Part shown: positions 27,355-32,558 of the stretch, piece by piece
How the letters are laid out: every line of letters begins with the position of its first letter
Numbering within the stretch: position 1 is the first letter of the stretch
NCBI GenBank assembly: GCA_016927185.1
Contig: JAFGND010000085.1
Coordinates: forward strand, 1 to 32,558
Origin: Candidatus Coatesbacteria bacterium
GTDB lineage: Bacteria > JAFGND01
DNA: 32,558 nucleotides
Direction of reading: 5' to 3'
Position numbers and translations under genes: made by a program
Notes under the pieces: model-generated
What the model saw: only the letters and a program-made list of their open reading frames with translations
Databases searched by the model: none
Told to the model about the DNA's origin: nothing

Positions 27355-28111
27355 AAGGATAATTCCCTGCCTTGATGTCATGAATGACAAGGTTGTAAAA
27401 GGTGTGAAGTTCAGGAATCATGAAGTAGTTGGTGACATACTGGAACTGGCTCTTTTATACTGTGAGCAGGGAGCGGATGAACTTGTATTTTATGATATCA
27501 CTGCAAGCCCTGAAAACAGGGTTACTGGCAGGGAATGGCTCAGCAGGATTGCAGAATTTCTGGATATTCCTTTTTGCGTTGCCGGGGGAATAAGCAGTGT
27601 AAGGCAGGCAGAAGAAATACTTCATAGTGGAGCTGACAAGATATCCATTAATACTCCAGCAATACAAAATCCATCTTTCATAAATGAGCTAGTGCAGATA
27701 TTTGGTTCTCAATGCGTAGTAATTGGAATTGACAGCAGCTTCCATGGCAGTGATTTCTATGTTCACAAATATACTGGTGATACAAGGAAATCAACGAAAA
27801 CAGACTTGAAGACTTTCGACTGGATAAAAGAAGTGCAGGACAGAGGGGCCGGAGAGATTGTTCTTAACTGCATGGATATGGATGGAACAAGAGAAGGATA
27901 TGACATTATCCAGCTAAAAAAGGCAAAGGAATTGTGTTATGTTCCACTAATTGCATCTGGTGGTGCAGGAAAATGTGAAGATTTCCTTGATCTTTTCAAA
28001 TCAACAGGTGTTGATGGAGCGCTTGCTGCAGGCATTTTTCACAGGAAAACAGTAATAATAAGGGAATTGAAGGAATTTCTTTTCAAAGAGGGAATACATG
28101 TAAGAAGGTGA
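27344..28111 (+). CDS. hisF: Imidazole glycerol phosphate synthase cyclase subunit
   Basis: [48 protein letters not shown]. Confidence 0.97.
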   Translation: MLAKRIIPCLDVMNDKVVKGVKFRNHEVVGDILELALLYCEQGADELVFYDITASPENRVTGREWLSRIAEFLDIPFCVAGGISSVRQAEEILHSGADKISINTPAIQNPSFINELVQIFGSQCVVIGIDSSFHGSDFYVHKYTGDTRKSTKTDLKTFDWIKEVQDRGAGEIVLNCMDMDGTREGYDIIQLKKAKELCYVPLIASGGAGKCEDFLDLFKSTGVDGALAAGIFHRKTVIIRELKEFLFKEGIHVRR

Positions 28112-28117
28112 TATGAA

Positions 28118-28765
28118 GTGAACAAGGATATATTGAAGGAGCTGGATTTCGGAAAAGCAAATGGTCTCATTCCTGCAATAATTCAGCATAATGATACGCT
28201 TCAGGTTCTAATGCTTGGTTACATGAATGAGGAAGCAGTACTGGAAACGCTGGATAGAAAAAGAGTGACTTTTTTCAGCAGAAGCAGGCAAAGACTTTGG
28301 CTGAAAGGAGAGACTTCAGGTAATTACCTGAACCTGATTTCAATGGAAAAGGATTGTGACTGTGATGCATTGCTCTTGAAAGTCATTCCTGAAGGCAATG
28401 TATGTCATAGAGATGTAATGTCATGCTTCTCCGATAAAGAAGCTGAAGGAATTGGATTTCTAAGTTTTCTTCAGTATATTGTCAAAGACAGGATAGAAAA
28501 TCCAAGGGAAGGCAGTTATACATCTGAGCTTATAAGGCAGGGTGAAAAGAGAATAGCCCAGAAGGTTGGAGAAGAGGCAATTGAATGCGTAATAGATAGC
28601 CTAACTGACAGAGATGCATTGAAAAACGAGGTAGCTGATTTGCTTTTTCATGTAATTGTGCTTCTTGCAAGCAAGGATTTGAGTATTTTAGAGGTAATAG
28701 AAATACTCAGGAAAAGGCATTCAGCAAGGCAGAAAGGGGATATTTCAGGAATTGAGGTAGATTAA
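28118..28765 (+). CDS. hisIE: Bifunctional phosphoribosyl-AMP cyclohydrolase / phosphoribosyl-ATP diphosphatase
   Basis: GLIPAIIQ, VLMLGYMN, SRSRQRLWLKGETSGN, DCDCDALL, CH...SCF, SYT, KVGEEA, EVADLLFH. Confidence 0.96.
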   Translation: MNKDILKELDFGKANGLIPAIIQHNDTLQVLMLGYMNEEAVLETLDRKRVTFFSRSRQRLWLKGETSGNYLNLISMEKDCDCDALLLKVIPEGNVCHRDVMSCFSDKEAEGIGFLSFLQYIVKDRIENPREGSYTSELIRQGEKRIAQKVGEEAIECVIDSLTDRDALKNEVADLLFHVIVLLASKDLSILEVIEILRKRHSARQKGDISGIEVD

Positions 28766-28868
28766 TCGAATACAGATTTTTCAAAACAGTGTTTATATTT
28801 GTCTTGACTTGAATCCATAATAATAAAGTGATGTCAGTTGAAAATGAAAGTAGTTGATTTAACAAAAC

Positions 28869-28915
28869 AGTCTTTTAAAGCCATTTCAGGCGTTTCATTA
28901 AAAAGACTTTTCTTT
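28869..28915 (+). terminator. Possible terminator or attenuator hairpin between the his operon and yedE
   Basis: AGTCTTTTAA-A-GCC-ATTTCA-GGC-GTTTCA-TTAAAAAGACT followed by TTTCTTT; the stem is AT-rich and bulged. Confidence 0.35.
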
Positions 28916-29007
28916 GACCAATACAATAATATAACAGGATTGTGAGTACTCCTTAGCTAGTTTAGGCTAAACAGCGATTTCTTAATATTTTACGCTAAGG
29001 AGATCTT

Positions 29008-30075
29008 ATGTTATCATTTTTTTCAACCAGAAAAGGTATAATTGTTGCAGGTATATTGATTGGTTTTTTTGCTTCGTTTCTTCAGAAAATGGGAAATCCT
29101 CCCAATATGGGAATATGCGTTGCATGCATGGAACGGGATATAGCGGGAGCCCTGGGATTACATAGAGCAGCAGTAGTACAGTATATGAGACCAGAAATAA
29201 TAGGTTTTGTATTAGGTGCATTCATTGCTGCATTGATATTCAAGGAATTCAAATCAAGAACAGGTTCAGCACCTATAATAAGATTCATGCTTGGTTTTTT
29301 TGCAATGATAGGCTCATTGGTATTTCTGGGATGCCCATGGAGAATGCTCCTGAGGCTGGCAGGAGGAGATGGCAATGCAATACTGGGGGCACTTGGTCTC
29401 ATAGCAGGTGTCTGGATAGGAGTTTTATTCATCAAGAAAGGATTCAGTCTGGGAAGAAGCCAGAAAACGTATTCAATAGTTGGATTGATAATGCCTGTAA
29501 TAATGATTTCCTTTCTATTATTACTTCTTTTCAAGCCACAGCTGCCATCTGGTGCATTATTTTTCAGTACTGAAGGACCAGGTTCAAAATATGCTAGCAT
29601 TGCACTTTCTCTTGGTATTGCAATTATAATCGGTTTTATTGCTCAGAGAACCAGATTCTGTACAATGGGTTCAATAAGAGATGTAATACTGATAAAGGAT
29701 TTTCATCTTATATCTGGAATAATAGCAATGTTGATAAGTGCATTTATTGCTAATCTTGTTTTCAATCAATTCAAACCCGGATTTGCTGAGCAACCGATTG
29801 CACATACTAACCATATATGGAATTTTGGTGGAATGCTTCTTGCTGGATTGGCATTTGCTCTTGCAGGAGGATGTCCAGGAAGACAGCTATTCATGTCAGG
29901 AGAGGGAAATGGTGATGCTTCCATTTTCGTTCTTGGAATGATCGGAGGAGCTGCATTTTCCCATAATTTTGCAATAGCCAGCACTCCAAAAGGTGTTGAT
30001 TTATGGGGACCGGGAGCAGTTATAATCGGTATAATTTTCTGTCTTGTCATTGGATTTACAATGAGAGAAAAATAA
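29008..30075 (+). CDS. yedE: YedE/YeeE family putative selenium/sulfur transporter
   Basis: GNPPNMGICVACMERDIAGALGLH...VQYMRPEI, LGCPWR, QRTRFCTMG, GGCPGRQ; multiple TM helices. Confidence 0.92.
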   Translation: MLSFFSTRKGIIVAGILIGFFASFLQKMGNPPNMGICVACMERDIAGALGLHRAAVVQYMRPEIIGFVLGAFIAALIFKEFKSRTGSAPIIRFMLGFFAMIGSLVFLGCPWRMLLRLAGGDGNAILGALGLIAGVWIGVLFIKKGFSLGRSQKTYSIVGLIMPVIMISFLLLLLFKPQLPSGALFFSTEGPGSKYASIALSLGIAIIIGFIAQRTRFCTMGSIRDVILIKDFHLISGIIAMLISAFIANLVFNQFKPGFAEQPIAHTNHIWNFGGMLLAGLAFALAGGCPGRQLFMSGEGNGDASIFVLGMIGGAAFSHNFAIASTPKGVDLWGPGAVIIGIIFCLVIGFTMREK

Positions 30076-30084
30076 GGAGTTATT

Positions 30085-30300
30085 ATGAATGAAGAATTGG
30101 ATTTAAGGGGATTATCATGTCCTGAACCTATAGTAAGGACTCTTAATAAGCTGAACCAGATGAAAACTGGAAAACTCAAGATATTAGTTGATACTGGAAC
30201 TTCGAGAGATAATGTAACAAGGATTGCCCAGAAAGAAGGCTGGACTGTAAATTCAGAAGAAAGCAATGATGAATGCATCTTGACAGTAACGAAGGAATAA
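30085..30300 (+). CDS. TusA/SirA (YedF-like) sulfur carrier protein
   Basis: LDLRGLSCPEPIV motif; 71 aa; AAGGAG RBS. Confidence 0.92.
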   Translation: MNEELDLRGLSCPEPIVRTLNKLNQMKTGKLKILVDTGTSRDNVTRIAQKEGWTVNSEESNDECILTVTKE

Positions 30301-30305
30301 CCAGA

Positions 30306-31451
30306 ATGATTTACGTCGACAATGCAGCAACAAGCTTTCCAAAACCAGGGGAAGTTGGCAGGGCAATGCTTGATTATCTTGAAAATAAGAGTGCAAATCC
30401 AGGTCGTTCAGCACATCGTTTATCAATAGAAGCTGGCAGGGCTATTTACAGGACAAGAGAAAACCTTGCCAGGCTTCTCGATCTGAAGGATCCATTGAGA
30501 ATAGTGTTCTGTCTTAATGCAACAGAAGCATTGAATCTTGTTATCAGGGGCTTTCTTGAACCGGGAATGCATGTTATAACAAGCTCGATGGAACATAATT
30601 CAGTAATGCGTCCCCTGAGAAATCTTGAAAAAAAGGGTGTTGAAATTACTGTTATCAGAGATAAAGAAGATGAGCTCTTCATAAATGATCTTGAGAAAAG
30701 CATAAAGAAGAATACAGCTCTTATACTACTCAATCATGCTTCAAATGTAAATGGAAGAATTTTCCCAATAAAATCAGCAGGTAAGATTGCAGAAAAGAAT
30801 GGTATCCTGTTTATGATAGACGCTGCTCAATCTGCAGGTTGCATACCAATAGACATGTATGAAGATAACATCAATATTCTGGCTTTCACTGGTCACAAAA
30901 GCCTTTATGGACCGCAAGGAACTGGTGGACTTGCAATAAGAGATGATGTTGATTTCACAAGGATAAAAACACTGAAAACTGGAGGAACAGGTAGTAAATC
31001 AGAAAAAGAGGAACAACCAACATTTCTTCCAGACATGTTTGAAAGCGGGACTCCTAACGGAGTTGGTTTATCAGGACTTAATGCAGGCATTGAGTTTATT
31101 ACAGCCAGGAAAATAAATGAAATACATGATTTCGAAATTAGCCTTGCACATGAGCTCAAGAGTTATTTAAAGAAATCAGCTGGTATAACCATCTATGAGC
31201 CTTTGTCAGAAGACAGTACTGCTACAGTTTCTTTTAATATAGACAGGCTGCCTTCATCTAAAGTTGCGATGATACTTGATGAGAAATACGAAATAATGAC
31301 CAGAGCAGGATTACATTGTGCTCCTTCCGCTCATAAATCCATTGGCTCTTTCCCGTCAGGTACTGTACGGATAAGTTTCGGAATATTTAATACTTATGAG
31401 CATGTTGAAAAACTTATAGATGCTATTATTGAGATAAGCAGGGATTTCTGA
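30306..31451 (+). CDS. Class V aminotransferase, cysteine desulfurase / selenocysteine lyase family
   Basis: IYVDNAATSFPKP, NATEALN, EHNSV, DAAQSAG, FTGHKSLYGPQGTG, ESGTPN, RAGLHCAP. Confidence 0.92.
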   Translation: MIYVDNAATSFPKPGEVGRAMLDYLENKSANPGRSAHRLSIEAGRAIYRTRENLARLLDLKDPLRIVFCLNATEALNLVIRGFLEPGMHVITSSMEHNSVMRPLRNLEKKGVEITVIRDKEDELFINDLEKSIKKNTALILLNHASNVNGRIFPIKSAGKIAEKNGILFMIDAAQSAGCIPIDMYEDNINILAFTGHKSLYGPQGTGGLAIRDDVDFTRIKTLKTGGTGSKSEKEEQPTFLPDMFESGTPNGVGLSGLNAGIEFITARKINEIHDFEISLAHELKSYLKKSAGITIYEPLSEDSTATVSFNIDRLPSSKVAMILDEKYEIMTRAGLHCAPSAHKSIGSFPSGTVRISFGIFNTYEHVEKLIDAIIEISRDF

Positions 31452-31681
31452 TGAAAGAAGCAAGATCTGTAATACTTTTTTACTCATCAAGTGCTGCCTT
31501 GAAAATGGAAAGTCTTGCAAAGAGCGAAAATCTTGTCGTGAAGCTTATCCCTATTCCAAGAGACTTGAGCTCAGATTGTGGAATATGTCTGCTTGTATTA
31601 AATGATGACATGGAAGAGATAAAGACAATCATTGATAATCACAGGATTGAATATGAAGGAATTCATGATTATATGGTATAG
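31451..31681 (+). CDS. DUF3343 family putative Se/S carrier-like protein
   Basis: ILFYSSSAALKME...LIPIPRDLSSDCGICL; start overlaps the desulfurase stop (TGATG). Confidence 0.85.
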   Translation: MKEARSVILFYSSSAALKMESLAKSENLVVKLIPIPRDLSSDCGICLLVLNDDMEEIKTIIDNHRIEYEGIHDYMV

Positions 31682-31788
31682 GTGAATAGAATACTTATCT
31701 GGTTTTTTCTACAATATCATTTCCATATAGCTCAGACTATTAGTTTTAGGCTATATTAAATATCTTAATAATATCTATTAACTATAGT

Positions 31789-31817
31789 TTGTAGAATAAA
31801 ATAATGAACATTAATTT
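31789..31817 (+). promoter_or_regulatory. Possible promoter of the small peptide gene
   Basis: TTGTAG, 17 nt spacer, TAATTT in a very AT-rich spacer. Confidence 0.3.
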
Positions 31818-31854
31818 AATCTATTTGAGAGTAATAGCTAAAATGGAGTAAAAA

Positions 31855-32019
31855 ATGAAATCATACAAAAAACCAGAAATAATTTCTGAGCTGATATTTG
31901 AAAAGACTGCGCTTGATTGCGATGATTATATCTATTATGCAAAAGGCTATGAAGGTTGCAGAGATGAATATATAGGAAGAGGAAAAGTAACAACGGCATG
32001 TGCAGATACTCATAGCTAA
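31855..32019 (+). CDS. 54-aa putative RiPP precursor peptide (not in ORF track)
   Basis: Translated by hand: MKSYKKPEIISELIFEKTALDCDDYIYYAKGYEGCRDEYIGRGKVTTACADTHS. GGAG RBS 6 nt upstream; YxxP leader motif; terminator downstream. Confidence 0.72.
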   Translation: MKSYKKPEIISELIFEKTALDCDDYIYYAKGYEGCRDEYIGRGKVTTACADTHS

Positions 32020-32086
32020 ATCAGCTTAAGTAACCCAAAGGATAGTTAAGATTTGCTAGCTAAGAATTATCTTTCTTGTTTTATTA

Positions 32087-32122
32087 AAAAGAGCTTGTGG
32101 AAATCCATGAGCTCTTTTGTTT
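32087..32122. terminator. Probable bidirectional terminator
   Basis: AAAAGAGCTTGTGG-AAAT-CCATGAGCTCTTTT-GTTT between the convergent peptide gene and the minus-strand propeller gene. Confidence 0.75.
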
Positions 32123-32171
32123 AACTTCTGTTTTAATTTTTTCTTCAGTCTACTGCAGAAAAGCAAGAATT

Positions 32172-32558
32172 CTATCTAACCTTTACCACCTTCTTTGTTT
32201 CCATCGAGCTCTTCACTATATAAACTCCCTCTCTCCATTTGCTTGTATCAATAGAATGCTTGCCCTTCTCCAGTTTCATAATCAGCTGACCTGTCAGGGA
32301 ATATATATAAGCAGAAGAAGGAAGGGAAATCGAAAGTCTGTCAGTAAAGGGGTTGGGGGAAATAGAGAAGGATTTAGCTGGAATATAAGAAGCTGATTTG
32401 TTATCCTTGAAGCCAGACTTATATGTCTCTATTGCATAAATATAATAATCATTACTGCCAACATAAACAACTCCATCTGAGATACAAGGAGAGGAGTGAA
32501 CTAAAAAACCTGTCTTATATCTCCATTTAAGAGTCCCATCTGAGAAGTTTAGTGCATA
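32172..32558 (-). CDS. 3' end of a PQQ-like beta-propeller protein with T9SS-type CTD (5' part outside the window)
   Basis: Translated by hand: ...YALNFSDGTLKWRYKTGFLVHSSPCISDGVVYVGSNDYYIYAIETYKSGFKDNKSASYIPAKSFSISPNPFTDRLSISLPSSAYIYSLTGQLIMKLEKGKHSIDTSKWREGVYIVKSSMETKKVVKVR*. Confidence 0.9.
   Translation of the reverse strand, partial: YALNFSDGTLKWRYKTGFLVHSSPCISDGVVYVGSNDYYIYAIETYKSGFKDNKSASYIPAKSFSISPNPFTDRLSISLPSSAYIYSLTGQLIMKLEKGKHSIDTSKWREGVYIVKSSMETKKVVKVR

Noticed and set aside
28844-28945. 33-aa ORF MKVVDLTKQSF... as a leader peptide
   Set aside because: No RBS and no Cys, His or Met run that would suggest attenuation.
938-31159. Numerous short antisense or alternate-frame ORFs in the track
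   Set aside because: They overlap well-supported genes and lack recognisable motifs.
29008-31681. Selenoproteins via UGA readthrough
   Set aside because: The conserved redox positions are Cys codons and the ORFs are full length; the TGA at 31449-31451 is a normal stop overlapping the next ATG.
31855-32019. Lasso peptide precursor
   Set aside because: The YxxP motif is shared, but the leader Thr (KTAL) would give a core starting at Leu, and no lasso cyclase or peptidase is nearby. Kept as a RiPP of undetermined class.
32097-32396. 99-aa + strand ORF from the track
   Set aside because: Shadow of the minus-strand propeller/CTD gene; it starts inside a terminator.
1-32558. CRISPR arrays, tRNA/rRNA, IS elements, integrases
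   Set aside because: No regularly spaced repeats, cloverleafs, or transposase/recombinase ORFs were seen; intergenic regions are short.

Overview
AT-rich bacterial chromosomal window (mid-30s % GC by eye). It is probably from a diderm, FCB-like or candidate-phylum organism: it encodes T9SS-type C-terminal sorting domains and a PorV-like barrel, but uses TTGACA promoters and Shine-Dalgarno sites, unlike Bacteroidota. The lineage is an inference. Left end (0.1-6.4 kb): four signal-peptide beta-propeller genes (2 WD40, 2 PQQ/BamB-like) that share a compact ~62-aa 'PNPF...G.Y..K' C-terminal domain. A fifth, truncated member lies at the right edge. Middle (6.6-21.3 kb): a + strand run of DUF503, PorV-like and unknown barrel proteins, OYE, M48 protease, FHA-GAF-adenylate cyclase, MgtC, queC, yicC, rpoZ-like, TrmH, lipA, hpf, hprK, a PurS-like protein, ROK kinase, DUF2141 and a lipoprotein. 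A complete his operon follows (TrpR-like yerC-hisG-D-NB-H-A-F-IE) with hisC inverted upstream and a palindromic operator candidate, then a YedE/TusA/cysteine desulfurase/DUF3343 S/Se cluster. Most notable: a 54-aa ORF below the track's size range (31855-32019) with a YxxP leader and a Cys/Tyr-rich core, resembling an orphan RiPP precursor. No rRNA, tRNA, CRISPR array or mobile element was recognised.
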